Assembly (NCBI GenBank): GCA_051003195.1
Contig: JBPCLP010000030.1
Span: 32,001-96,000, forward strand
DNA: 64,000 bases
Source of the DNA: Candidatus Sumerlaeaceae bacterium
Lineage (GTDB): Bacteria; Sumerlaeota; Sumerlaeia; Sumerlaeales; Sumerlaeaceae
Direction: 5' to 3'
Shown: piece after piece, positions 1 through 9,676 of the stretch
Position numbering within the stretch: the first letter of the stretch is position 1
Layout: every line of letters starts with the position of its first letter
The notes under the pieces: model-generated
Told to the model about the DNA's origin: nothing
The model's database searches: none
The model's input: only the letters and a program-made list of their open reading frames with translations
Position numbers and translations under genes: made by a program

Positions 1-305
1 AACGTGTACACTTGCGCACCGGGCCGAAACACTTCGACCCGTTCCAGGTCAAAATCCGCGACCGAACCATCGGCAAGGAGCATTGACTTTAATTCAACTT
101 TGGCAGACCCTTCACGCATTGCTGCGACCGCTCCTGGATCAGGCTCGACGATCGTTTTGCCGGCGTATTGGCCGAGCTGACGTATAAGTGGCCCGACCGG
201 CTTGGCAAAAGACCCCGGAGCGATGCTTAAGAAAAGCATAATCAGTAAGGCACGATAGGCGGATAAACCACGGTGGTCTCTACAGCGGCCTGTACTCATT
301 GCCAT
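1..305 (-). CDS. Secreted protein, N-terminus only (runs off the window edge); possibly a metallopeptidase propeptide region
   Basis: Manual translation from ATG 305: MAMSTGRCRDHRGLSAYRALLIMLFLSIAPGSFAKPV...LADGSVADFDLERVEVFRPGAQVYT. It has a signal-peptide-like hydrophobic stretch and is open to position 1. Not in the ORF track. Confidence 0.5.
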   Translation of the reverse strand, partial: MAMSTGRCRDHRGLSAYRALLIMLFLSIAPGSFAKPVGPLIRQLGQYAGKTIVEPDPGAVAAMREGSAKVELKSMLLADGSVADFDLERVEVFRPGAQVYT

Positions 306-427
306 CACATCCTGCGTGGAAGCTTCAACCCAGACATAGCGCAACTGGCGTTCCAAACCGGGCCGTTTAAGCGCGTTTGTCACGTATCGTGGATGACTAT
401 GAGTACATGGGTTATAACACCGAAAAG

Positions 428-1168
428 TCAGGAGGTAATGCTGGTAGCGAGCGTTTGAATAGCATCCGAAAAGATTGGCAATTTGTCCACTGCGTCGCGG
501 GGTCTGCTCATTGCCTGTAAGTCACCGCAATACGGAACTGTTCCAAAGTCGATGAGGCCACTAATCTCCGTTGCGAGTTTCGGCCCGGTCGTCTCGGCAA
601 CGCTCGGAGAACCCCGTGAATGTCGCACGAATACCAGCCCGTGCAGCACGCAGCCGCGACTTCGCAGGTGCTCAATTGTAAGCAATGTATGGTTAACTGT
701 CCCGAGGTCAGTTCGAGCGACAACCAGCACAGGCAGCCCGACTTCCGCTGCAAAATCGCTTAGTAATGTGTTGTCTGTGAGCGGAACCGCCGCACCACCC
801 ACACCTTCCACCACCGTAAACTCATTGGCGGTGATCCGCTCTCTTACTTTGTGTAACAGGTGATCGATATCAATTGGTGTGGCGGCCAGCCGGCCAGCGG
901 TTAAAGGCGCAACCGGGACAGCCATGCGGCAGGGGCTGACTTGACGCAGATCAGTTTCCCCGCTCGCGGCGGCAAGCAGTTTGGCATCATCGTCCTGCCA
1001 TGCACTGTCTTCGTTCACTCCCGTCGCCACCGGTTTTATCGCCCCTACAGCAATACCACGCAGGCGCAGCGCACTGAGAAGTGATGCCGACACGATTGTT
1101 TTGCCTACCCCTGTACCGGTGCCCGTTACAAATAGACCCGGGCCGATTAACTTGCGTTGGGCGGCCAT
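428..1168 (-). CDS. bioD: Dethiobiotin synthase
   Basis: FVTGTGTGVGKT P-loop, KPVATG, VVEGVGG, LGTVNHTLL motifs. Confidence 0.93.
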   Translation of the reverse strand: MAAQRKLIGPGLFVTGTGTGVGKTIVSASLLSALRLRGIAVGAIKPVATGVNEDSAWQDDDAKLLAAASGETDLRQVSPCRMAVPVAPLTAGRLAATPIDIDHLLHKVRERITANEFTVVEGVGGAAVPLTDNTLLSDFAAEVGLPVLVVARTDLGTVNHTLLTIEHLRSRGCVLHGLVFVRHSRGSPSVAETTGPKLATEISGLIDFGTVPYCGDLQAMSRPRDAVDKLPIFSDAIQTLATSITS

Positions 1169-1467
1169 GGCACTTTAGGTCCAAGCCACTCCGCAAAGCC
1201 GCCGGCCAGAGAACGCGCCGAGTATCCCTGCTGTTGCAGCCAGATCGCAACATCATAGCTCCGCACGCCATGTTCGCAATAGCACACCACGGGGCGATCC
1301 GCAGGGATTTCCGCAACTCGTTCCAGCAATTCCGACATTGGAATGCATACAGCCTGTGGCAATACACCGCGAGACAGCTCAAACGTCTCGCGAACATCCA
1401 GCAGGCTAATCGCGTTTCCACCTGATTCCAGGTGGGCCATCAACTCTCCTGAATGGATATCAACCAC
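1147..1467 (-). CDS. Rhodanese-like domain protein
   Basis: LLDVRE and YCEHGVRS active-site loop, LAGGFAEW. Confidence 0.88.
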   Translation of the reverse strand: MVDIHSGELMAHLESGGNAISLLDVRETFELSRGVLPQAVCIPMSELLERVAEIPADRPVVCYCEHGVRSYDVAIWLQQQGYSARSLAGGFAEWLGPKVPWPPNAS

Positions 1468-1474
1468 GACGGAC

Positions 1475-1777
1475 TTATGACCCCGTGGTTGGAATTTCGT
1501 TAATGCGTTTTGCCAGGTCCATGTCGTTTTGTGTCAGGCCGCCGGCGCTGTGGGTGGATACGGCCACTCGCACTTTGTTCCAACCATGCAACAGCATATC
1601 CGGATGGTGATCCATCGTCTCGGCCTGTTCGCCAATCGCATTGACGAGCGCGAGCGCCGCGGCGAAGTCCTTTACCTGGAAATGTTTTTGAATCTCTTTG
1701 TCAGATTGTGACCACCCCGGGAGCGATCCGAGCGCTGACGTAATCTGTTCCCGCGTTAGAAGCTGTGGATTTGCCAT
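1475..1777 (-). CDS. Pterin-4a-carbinolamine dehydratase
   Basis: AETMDHHPD, VSTHSAGGLTQND motifs. Start taken at ATG 1777 (MANPQ). Confidence 0.9.
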   Translation of the reverse strand: MANPQLLTREQITSALGSLPGWSQSDKEIQKHFQVKDFAAALALVNAIGEQAETMDHHPDMLLHGWNKVRVAVSTHSAGGLTQNDMDLAKRINEIPTTGS

Positions 1778-1956
1778 AGTACTTTTGGGGTACGCCGCTG
1801 CCGTAGAGCGCACAACCTTTTTCTGCTCCGTACTACCGTCCTGGCGGCGGATCGACCTTTTTCCTATCAGATCGAAACGGAGCAAAACCTGATGTCAGTG
1901 ACGCTTTGTGCTTGCCTCCATAGCTCGCAAATACAATCCTCCGTGAGCTCACCGTT

Positions 1957-3393
1957 ATGAACCTGTACGAACGCTTCTGGAAAAGCATAGACGAACTTCG
2001 GGAAAGCCCGAATGGCGCGCCCCCTGCGGTAGAGATACAACTGACTCCGGTTCACCCGCCCGACGGTGTGCAAAGCGAAGCCGCCAAGGACCTCACCGCT
2101 ATTGTTGCCCGCGCGCCACGACGGTTTCCACCCTTTGTCGCGACCCAGCCAAACGTCTCAACCCGGCCGTTCTGCCTCATCTATACGGTCGCCCGCCCGG
2201 AATTGCTCCCGCAATTTCACGAGCTGTTTGAGCACTACGTCGATAAGAACGCGTTTGTAGCCGAGGCGCTGCTCCGTTTGCGCCCGCATTGTGATATTCC
2301 CTACATACTCTTTCTTGGCGACAAATCGTTCTTCCTTTACGATGCGCTGCTCGAAGAACTGTTGCGCTGGGGCAGTGATTATGCCGCTCTTGAGGAAGCG
2401 TTGGTGCAGCCTCTTATTTCCGGCGACAGCATCTCCAAATTTTGGGATTCCATTCAGCGCAAAACGTGTACGCAGCGATCCGAGGAGTTCGGCCGGTGGC
2501 TCGATTTGTGGAAGGTCGGAATCGGCGCGCGTACCAGCGCAACACCAGCATTCATGCAGTTGCTCATGCAGAAGGTCGTTCTGCTGTTCATGTACGATTT
2601 GCATTTCGGGCTGCAGGAAGCAGAGCTGGCGCTTCGCGAAAACTTTCTCGACCAGCGGCCAGTCGCAAAACGCCTTCGTCCTACACAGATGGAACCGGTG
2701 CCATTTGACGGAGTTGCCTGGTTGCACCAGGCATCCGGCGAAGTCGTAAACCTGTACGAGATCGATTTCCTGCGCTGGACGAATGCGGAGAGCCATTTCT
2801 TTGCACTGATGGGTGCAGAGACGCGCCTTCAGTTCTCTCAGTTCATCCTCGAACTTTTTCTGCTCAGCACGGCCAAGCTTCAGTCCGCGGTTCAGGCGGA
2901 TGCGTTCTCCGATGCGAACTCAAAGCTGAAGTTGTGGAAGTTCTCGGTGACCGAAACCATCAACATCCGGAGGCGTTTGCAGGCAGATGATGTCAACGTC
3001 TACGAGCCGATCTGGATCGACCTGGAGGAAAGCGGTATTGGCTGGGCCCTGCACGTAATCCAGGAAACGCTGGAGTTTTGGCGGGAGCGCTGCACACTGT
3101 TCGAAAAGCAACTCGCGGAGCAGCGCCAGCTGAAGGTTCAGTTCGATATGTTCCAGCAGCCCGACCTTGAACACGCACGTGTGCCCGTAACGTCCGATAT
3201 TTTCGACGCCGCATTCACGACGAGCGTTCGGATATTCTACGACTTTCCCGCAGAGAGGGCGACACTCGAATATCTGGTCATACTGAAGGCTTTCGAATTT
3301 TGTCGCCAGTGGGGAAGCCCGCTGCGTCCTCTCGGACAGATCGGCGAAATGTTTATACAAAAAGAACGACTGGTTTCTCTACAGGGCACATGA
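1957..3393 (+). CDS. Hypothetical protein resembling a degenerate Type IIG/Eco57I-like R-M scaffold
   Basis: 478-aa ORF. Motif order resembles Type IIG enzymes but catalytic motifs are degenerate (see findings). Confidence 0.55.
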   Translation: MNLYERFWKSIDELRESPNGAPPAVEIQLTPVHPPDGVQSEAAKDLTAIVARAPRRFPPFVATQPNVSTRPFCLIYTVARPELLPQFHELFEHYVDKNAFVAEALLRLRPHCDIPYILFLGDKSFFLYDALLEELLRWGSDYAALEEALVQPLISGDSISKFWDSIQRKTCTQRSEEFGRWLDLWKVGIGARTSATPAFMQLLMQKVVLLFMYDLHFGLQEAELALRENFLDQRPVAKRLRPTQMEPVPFDGVAWLHQASGEVVNLYEIDFLRWTNAESHFFALMGAETRLQFSQFILELFLLSTAKLQSAVQADAFSDANSKLKLWKFSVTETINIRRRLQADDVNVYEPIWIDLEESGIGWALHVIQETLEFWRERCTLFEKQLAEQRQLKVQFDMFQQPDLEHARVPVTSDIFDAAFTTSVRIFYDFPAERATLEYLVILKAFEFCRQWGSPLRPLGQIGEMFIQKERLVSLQGT

Positions 3394-3469
3394 CTCAAAG
3401 CGGAACGCGGAGTACGAAATACAGTATCGGAAGTGATAAGCGTTTGCTGGCGCCGTCTGAAGTTTCTGT

Positions 3470-4717
3470 TTGATGGCTGTCACAGCCCTCACCTGCACGA
3501 TCTGCGACAAGAACTACGAGGCCGATTATCGTCTAACGTGTCCAGATTGTGGTCCCGCTGATGGGATACTTGACGTAGGATACGACTACGATTTCGCGCG
3601 AAAGCACATGACGCGTGAGAGTTTGGCCACACGCGCTTTGGACCATTGGCGCTATCGCGAGCTGTTGCCCATCCAGGATGGACAGCGGCTTCCAACACTG
3701 CACGTCGGTTACACGCCTGTGTACCGTGCACAGCCGCTGGAGAAGCATTACGGTATTGCAGAGCTCTACCTGAAAGACGATGGCCGTAATCCTACAGCGT
3801 CGTTCAAAGACCGCGCCAGCAGCATGGGAGTCGCCAAGGCCCTGGAATTCGGCTACAACACGGTTGCCTGCGCCAGCACCGGGAACGCTGCCAGCTCACT
3901 GGCTGGCATGGCGGCGAATGTCGGATTGCGAAGCTTCATCTTTGTGCCCCAGCGTGCGCCTCAACCCAAGGTTACACAGCTTCTGGTGTTTGGTGCGAAT
4001 GTCATCCGAGTGCAGGGCACGTACGATCAGGCCTATGATCTCTGCATGCAGGCGGCGGCACATTACGACTGGTACCAGCGCAACTGTGCGGTGAACTCCT
4101 ACCTGGTTGAAGGCAAGAAGACGTGCGGTCTCGAAATCGCCGAGCAGATGGCGGATAACCTGCCGGACTGGGTCGTGATGTCGGTCGGCGACGGCTGCTC
4201 TATTGCGGGCGTGTGGAAAGGGCTGCGCGAAATGCATGAACTGGGGCTCATCGACCGCGTCCCGCGAATGCTGGGCGTCCAGGCCGAGGGTTCCCCGGCC
4301 GTCAAACGCCAGTTCCAGAGGAGCGGCGAGCCTCCTCTGGGAGTTTATCCAGCAGAAACCATTGCTGATTCCATCTGCGTGGGTGTTCCGCGCAACTGGC
4401 GCAAGGCCGTACGCGCAGTCCGGGAGTCCCATGGTGAGTACGTCACTGTTACGGACCATGAAATCATGCAGGCTTTGCGCACTGTTCCCCAGCTGACGGG
4501 CGTATTTGCAGAGCCTGCCGCGTCGGCAAGTGTGGCGGGCGTGACCGTGGCACGCGAGCTGGGCGTTATTTCGCCCTCGGACAAAGTTCTGGTGGTCGTC
4601 ACAGGTAACGGACTGAAAGATATTAAGAGCGCGAGTGAAGCCGTCGGGCAACCTTTCGATATCGAGCCGAATATGGAAGCACTTGCGGCTGTTGTCGAAG
4701 GTGGCCGAGTACGCTAG
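3470..4717 (+). CDS. thrC: Threonine synthase
   Basis: NPTASFKDR PLP lysine, CASTGNAASS, EGKKT, AEPAA, VTGNGLKD; N-terminal CxxC pairs. Confidence 0.92.
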   Translation: MMAVTALTCTICDKNYEADYRLTCPDCGPADGILDVGYDYDFARKHMTRESLATRALDHWRYRELLPIQDGQRLPTLHVGYTPVYRAQPLEKHYGIAELYLKDDGRNPTASFKDRASSMGVAKALEFGYNTVACASTGNAASSLAGMAANVGLRSFIFVPQRAPQPKVTQLLVFGANVIRVQGTYDQAYDLCMQAAAHYDWYQRNCAVNSYLVEGKKTCGLEIAEQMADNLPDWVVMSVGDGCSIAGVWKGLREMHELGLIDRVPRMLGVQAEGSPAVKRQFQRSGEPPLGVYPAETIADSICVGVPRNWRKAVRAVRESHGEYVTVTDHEIMQALRTVPQLTGVFAEPAASASVAGVTVARELGVISPSDKVLVVVTGNGLKDIKSASEAVGQPFDIEPNMEALAAVVEGGRVR

Positions 4718-4740
4718 GGTGGTCTATTGTTAATTCGTAT

Positions 4741-4811
4741 TCGGTTCTGTGTGCCGAACTGAGCTCATCTTCCGCGCTCAAACTGGATAGGAACTTCTGA
4801 TTCGGCACACT
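4741..4811. repeat. ~70-bp hairpin element, copy 1 (GTGTGCCGAA...TTCGGCACAC)
   Basis: 10-bp terminal inverted repeat at 4749-4758/4801-4810; homologous to 28064-28134. Confidence 0.75.
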
Positions 4812-4825
4812 AGGGGAGTGGCACA

Positions 4826-5578
4826 ATGAGCACGCAATTTGACTATGTTTTGTTTGACGCCGGCGGCACGCTGCTTGGAACCAATACCGACTCGGAACAC
4901 TGGTACGAACAGTTCTTCGTCGACGCATGCGCCGAGCAGGGCTGTCACGTCTCCGTAGCACAGGTTCACGAGGTGCTTCGTTTTGCTGCGCGTTCGCGCC
5001 AGTTCGACACCCGTTGCTCCAGCGATGCGCAAACGCGCGGGTTCTGGCACCACATCTATGCGACCGCTTTCGCCGATTTGCTGGGCCCTAAGGGCTGTGG
5101 TCATCCGCCCGCAGTTATCGACCATCTTGCCGCGGAGTACATTGACCGTTTCGAAGCCGGCGAGTTCATTCGACTTTTCCCAGACACCCTGGATGCACTG
5201 AATGCGCTCAAGGCGTCAAACCTTCGCATGGGCATCGTCTCTAACTTTGGGACTTACCTTACAAAGTTTCTGGAACGCCTTGGCATCCATGAGTACTTCG
5301 ATTTTGTGCTGATTTCCGCGGCAGAAGGCTGCGAAAAACCGCACCCCGACATCTTCGACAAAGCACTGGCCCGATGTAACGGATTTGCCCCGGGCCGCAT
5401 TCTTTTTGTAGGTGACCATCCGGAAGAAGATTACGTACCAGCTGAGCGGCACAGCATGACTCCCGTGCTGATCGACCGGCACAATCGCCACGCAGACAAA
5501 CCTGCGCTCACGCGAATCCGCCGTCTCACACAGATTCCGCAAATCGTCACCGAAGGTCTCACCGCCGCTGTCGCTTGA
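4826..5578 (+). CDS. HAD-IA family hydrolase
   Basis: FDAGGTL motif I, IVSN, KPHPDIF, VGDHPEED. Confidence 0.9.
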   Translation: MSTQFDYVLFDAGGTLLGTNTDSEHWYEQFFVDACAEQGCHVSVAQVHEVLRFAARSRQFDTRCSSDAQTRGFWHHIYATAFADLLGPKGCGHPPAVIDHLAAEYIDRFEAGEFIRLFPDTLDALNALKASNLRMGIVSNFGTYLTKFLERLGIHEYFDFVLISAAEGCEKPHPDIFDKALARCNGFAPGRILFVGDHPEEDYVPAERHSMTPVLIDRHNRHADKPALTRIRRLTQIPQIVTEGLTAAVA

Positions 5579-5663
5579 AGGGTTCAGACGTTCGGGGCTG
5601 GCAATGTGCATCTTCTAAATTCTCACTTGCGCATCGCTAACTCTCCACTTGAATAGCAGCCCC

Positions 5664-6380
5664 ATGGACGAGAGGCTCATCGAAACGATTGTCGACCAGG
5701 TGACCCAGCGATTGCTTGCCGATCGCTCGTCATCTTCCATTCAAACCGGTTCCATGCCGTCCGGCGCGAGCGTAACCGATGACATCAAAGCTGGGCGCGT
5801 TGTGGTAAACATTTCAGCCCGCCATATCCATCTAACCAACGAACACGTGGAAGCGCTGTTTGGTGGCGGCGCGAAGCTCAAGCCGATGAAACCGCTGATT
5901 CAGACGGGCGAATTCGCCAGCGAGCAGCAGGTGCTGCTGGTAGGCCCGACGGGCAAAACGCTCGGTCCCGTGCGGGTGCTTGGCCCCACCCGCAAGGCCA
6001 GCCAGGTGGAGATCTCCCTCACCGATTGTTACGCACTCGGACTGAAGACGCTTCCGCCTATACGTCCTTCCGGCGACCACACCGGCACGTTCGGAATTAC
6101 GATGGTGGGACCGGCGGGGGCCGTTACGCTGACCTCAGGTCTCATCCGTGCCAATCGTCACATTCACCTGCACACCAGCCAGGGTGCTGCCATGGGTCTC
6201 AAGAATAACGACCCAGTGGATGTGCGCATCGAAGGTGAGCGACCTGCGATATTTCTGGGCTGCCAGGCGCGCGTCCACGATATGTTTCTCGCCGAGATGC
6301 ACATCGATACCGACGACGGCAATGCGGTCGGCATCAAGTCGGGTGCGCTCGCGCAGATCCTCCTGCCCAACCGCCGCTAA
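5664..6380 (+). CDS. pduL: PduL/EutD phosphate acyltransferase with N-terminal BMC encapsulation peptide
   Basis: SARHIHL, RVLGPTR, QVEIS.TD, RHIHL, EMHIDTDDGNA motifs. N-terminal amphipathic helix MDERLIETIVDQVTQRL. Confidence 0.9.
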   Translation: MDERLIETIVDQVTQRLLADRSSSSIQTGSMPSGASVTDDIKAGRVVVNISARHIHLTNEHVEALFGGGAKLKPMKPLIQTGEFASEQQVLLVGPTGKTLGPVRVLGPTRKASQVEISLTDCYALGLKTLPPIRPSGDHTGTFGITMVGPAGAVTLTSGLIRANRHIHLHTSQGAAMGLKNNDPVDVRIEGERPAIFLGCQARVHDMFLAEMHIDTDDGNAVGIKSGALAQILLPNRR

Positions 6381-6463
6381 AACAACATTTGCATTACGTC
6401 GTGTGGCCGGTTTGATCGATAACGTGCGGTGCGCTTGCGTCCCAACACCATCAAGCCGGAGGA

Positions 6464-7774
6464 GTGTCTTTGCGCCTGGAGTATCTGACTGCGGGGGAAA
6501 GCCACGGGCCGCAATTGACCGCGATTCTCCGGGGTATTCCCGCCGGGCTTAACATCACTCCAGACGATCTTGCGACCGACATGCAGCGGCGCCAGAAGGG
6601 CTATGGCCGCGGACCCCGCATGAACATCGAGAAGGACGCGGCGCTAATCCGTGGCGGCATCCGTAAAGGCGTGACGCTCGGTTCGCCTATCGCACTCGTT
6701 GTGCAAAACAGCGACTACAAAAACTGGGAAAACCTGATGGCACCGGAACCCGGGGAAACGCCGCAGCAGAAGCTGGTGACACGACCGCGACCGGGCCACG
6801 CAGATCTGGTTGGAGCCGTAAAATTTAATCATGCCGATGCTCGAAATGTCCTTGAGCGATCCAGCGCCAGAGAGACCGCCGCGCGGGTTGGAGTTGGCGC
6901 GGTGTGCCGGCGATTCCTCGCTGAATTTGGGATCTCGATCTACAGCCACGTGGTGAATCTTGGCGGAATAGCCGTGGATGCCACCGGTCTGTCCCACGAC
7001 GAGATACGCACGCGTTCGGAGGCCAGCGAACTCCGTGTCGCGCGGCCTGAAGTCGAACAGCAGATGCGCGAGCACATCGACCGCGCAAAAAAAGAAGGCG
7101 ACACGGTCGGCGGAATCTATGAAGTCGTTGCGCTGGGCGTACCCATGGGCCTCGGCAGCACGATGAACTGGGACGAGAAGATCGACGGACGCATCGCACA
7201 GGGCATTCTGAGTTGCCAGGCCATCAAGGGCGTCAGCATCGGGATGGGCTTCGACGTCGCAGCGACGCCCGGATCACTGGTGCACGATCCCATTGGTTTC
7301 AGCGAAGGCCTTGCAGGCGGAGGAGCACACAAGCCCATGGTGCCGCAGGTGGATGATGAGCCCGGTTCTCCCGAGCATCATCCCGGCAGCAAGCCTTTGC
7401 AGAAGCGCGACGCTGCTAAGATCGGGCCCGCGGCGGGACGGGGACAGTCTGGTGGATTTTATCACCTTTCCAACAATGCGGGTGGCATCGAAGGCGGCAT
7501 GACGAACGGCGAGCCGATCATCGTCCGTGGCGCCATGAAACCGATCGCCACCCTGATGAAGCCGCTGCAGTCCGTCGATCTCCAGACGAAGGAGACATTC
7601 GACGCCGTGCGCGAGCGCAGCGACGTTTGCGCCGTGCCGGCGGCTGGCGTCGTGGGCGAGGCGATTGTCGCGTTCATTATCGCGCAGGCGTTTCTTGAAA
7701 AGTTCGGCGGCGACAGCATGGCCGAAGTCCGCCGCAACTACGACTCCTATGTCCAGTACATGAGGGAGTACTGA
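6464..7774 (+). CDS. aroC: Chorismate synthase
   Basis: TAGESHG, RPRPGHAD, ERSSARETA, NNAGGIEGG, ERSDVCAVPAA. Confidence 0.97.
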   Translation: MSLRLEYLTAGESHGPQLTAILRGIPAGLNITPDDLATDMQRRQKGYGRGPRMNIEKDAALIRGGIRKGVTLGSPIALVVQNSDYKNWENLMAPEPGETPQQKLVTRPRPGHADLVGAVKFNHADARNVLERSSARETAARVGVGAVCRRFLAEFGISIYSHVVNLGGIAVDATGLSHDEIRTRSEASELRVARPEVEQQMREHIDRAKKEGDTVGGIYEVVALGVPMGLGSTMNWDEKIDGRIAQGILSCQAIKGVSIGMGFDVAATPGSLVHDPIGFSEGLAGGGAHKPMVPQVDDEPGSPEHHPGSKPLQKRDAAKIGPAAGRGQSGGFYHLSNNAGGIEGGMTNGEPIIVRGAMKPIATLMKPLQSVDLQTKETFDAVRERSDVCAVPAAGVVGEAIVAFIIAQAFLEKFGGDSMAEVRRNYDSYVQYMREY

Positions 7775-9000
7775 TGCCCGGCAATGTAGTGCTGATCGGC
7801 ATGATGGGCAGCGGCAAGACGACCGTCGGCAAGCTCGTGGCGGATCGCACTGGACGCGAGTTCATCGATCTCGACCAGATGATCGTCGACAAGGCCGGCC
7901 AGGAAATCTCCGAAGTCTTCGACGCGCTGGGCGAGGATGCCTTTCGCCAGATGGAAACCGAGTGCCTGCGCGAGGTGCGCGCTGCCACGCACGCCGTGAT
8001 TGCCACCGGCGGGGGAGTGGTGACCCGCGCGGAGAATCGCCGTATCCTGCGCGACCTTGGAACCGTGTTCTGGCTGGACGCTCCGGCGGACGCGCTGCTG
8101 GACCGCATTGGCGACGACGAGAGCCGGCCGATGCTGCGGGGCGGTGACCCGCTGAAGCGCCTCGAGGTACTGCAAGCCGAGCGGCGCGAGCACTACGCAG
8201 ACGCTTCCAACATCCACCTGGATACCACGGAATTTACGCCGCAGGAACTCGCGGACCGCATCACCCAGGAGCTGGAGACGCGCGGTGAAGATGACACCGA
8301 AGTCTTTAACACCATCGTCGCCATTGATGGCCCGGTGGCCTCTGGCAAAAGCGCTCTGGCAAAAGCCATCGCCGAGCGCTTGAGTTATGTCCATGTCGAT
8401 ACAGGCGCAATGTACCGCTGTGTGACCCTGGAGGCCATGCGACGCAAGGTCGATATGCGCGATCCGTTGGCGCTGACGAAAGTGGCGCACTCGGTCGATA
8501 TCCGCTTCCAGGAAGCCGGTGGCACCGCCCGCGTCACGGATGAGGCGTTTGGCACCCAGCGCGTCATGCTCAACGGCGAGGACGTGACCGATGCAATCCG
8601 CGACCCGGAGGTCAGCCGGAACACGAGCGCGATTGCCGACGTCCCGACCGTGCGGGCTGAGCTGGTACAACTGCAGCGCGAGATGGGCCTTCGCGGGCGG
8701 AGTGTGCTGGAAGGCCGCGACATCTCGACGGTGGTCGTGCCGGAGGCGCGCTGGAAGGTCTACCTCGTGGCGTCCCTTGAGGCACGCGTGCAGCGGCGGT
8801 ACCACCAGTACGAACTGCAGGGCCGCGAAGTCGACCGGGATGAGTTGCGCCGCGATGTGGTCGAGCGCGACGAGCGAGATCGGAACCGCCCGCAGGGAGC
8901 GCTGAAGCTCGCATCCGACGCGATGATTTTCGATACGACCGACATCCCGCTGGATGAAGTGGTGGATACCCTTGCCGGGATGATTGCCTGTTGCCCGTAA
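7774..9000 (+). CDS. cmk: Shikimate kinase - cytidylate kinase fusion (AroK-Cmk)
   Basis: N-half GMMGSGKTT, FIDLD, ATGGG, RPML (AroK). C-half IAIDGPVASGKS, VDTGAMYR, EGRDI (Cmk). Confidence 0.92.
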   Translation: MPGNVVLIGMMGSGKTTVGKLVADRTGREFIDLDQMIVDKAGQEISEVFDALGEDAFRQMETECLREVRAATHAVIATGGGVVTRAENRRILRDLGTVFWLDAPADALLDRIGDDESRPMLRGGDPLKRLEVLQAERREHYADASNIHLDTTEFTPQELADRITQELETRGEDDTEVFNTIVAIDGPVASGKSALAKAIAERLSYVHVDTGAMYRCVTLEAMRRKVDMRDPLALTKVAHSVDIRFQEAGGTARVTDEAFGTQRVMLNGEDVTDAIRDPEVSRNTSAIADVPTVRAELVQLQREMGLRGRSVLEGRDISTVVVPEARWKVYLVASLEARVQRRYHQYELQGREVDRDELRRDVVERDERDRNRPQGALKLASDAMIFDTTDIPLDEVVDTLAGMIACCP

Positions 9001-9013
9001 CCTCGCCTTCTAA

Positions 9014-9676
9014 ATGATGGCTTCTGAATTGCCGGTGCCCGAGTCGAACTGGTTTTACAGCTTCATGCGGGCGCTGATCGTCGCCTTCAACAAACTGTAC
9101 TTCCGGCTGGAGCACCATGGCGCCGACCACACGCCGGTCACGGGGCCCGTGCTGCTGGTGGCTAACCACGCGAGCAACCTCGACCCGACGACGATCGCCT
9201 GCGGGCTGCCCCGGCAGGTGCACTTCCTTGCGAAGGATGAGCTGTTCAAGGGCCTGCCCGGCCGATTCCTTCGCCGGGTGAACGCCCATCCAATTAACCG
9301 CAGCGGTGTGGACCGCGCGGCGCTGCAGCTATGCGTCGACCTTGTTCGGCAGGGGCACATGCTCCTGATGTTTCCTGAGGGCACCCGTACTAAAAACGGG
9401 CGGCTGCAGGAAGCGAAGGCCGGCGCGGCGATGATCGCCAGCCAGGCGCAGGCGTGGATCCTGCCGGTGTACATCGACGGCACCTGGAAAGCGATGTCGA
9501 AGGAAGCCGTTTTTCCACGCCCGGTGAAGGTCCGGGTGATTGTCGGGAAGCCGTTTCTCTACGACGATGGTATCGACCAAAAGCTGCCGAACCGTGAGCG
9601 CTATGATGTGCTGGGCAAGAAGATGATGTCGCGGATCGCGGAGCTGGAGCAGCAGGCTATTGTTAAAAAACCATAA
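9014..9676 (+). CDS. plsC: 1-acyl-sn-glycerol-3-phosphate acyltransferase
   Basis: NHASNLD and FPEGTR motifs; follows cmk. Confidence 0.92.
   Translation: MMASELPVPESNWFYSFMRALIVAFNKLYFRLEHHGADHTPVTGPVLLVANHASNLDPTTIACGLPRQVHFLAKDELFKGLPGRFLRRVNAHPINRSGVDRAALQLCVDLVRQGHMLLMFPEGTRTKNGRLQEAKAGAAMIASQAQAWILPVYIDGTWKAMSKEAVFPRPVKVRVIVGKPFLYDDGIDQKLPNRERYDVLGKKMMSRIAELEQQAIVKKP

Noticed and set aside
7747..8805. Long antisense ORFs (also 22702-23778, 34601-35560, 24656-25507)
   Set aside because: Shadow frames of well-supported GC-rich genes, with no motifs or RBS
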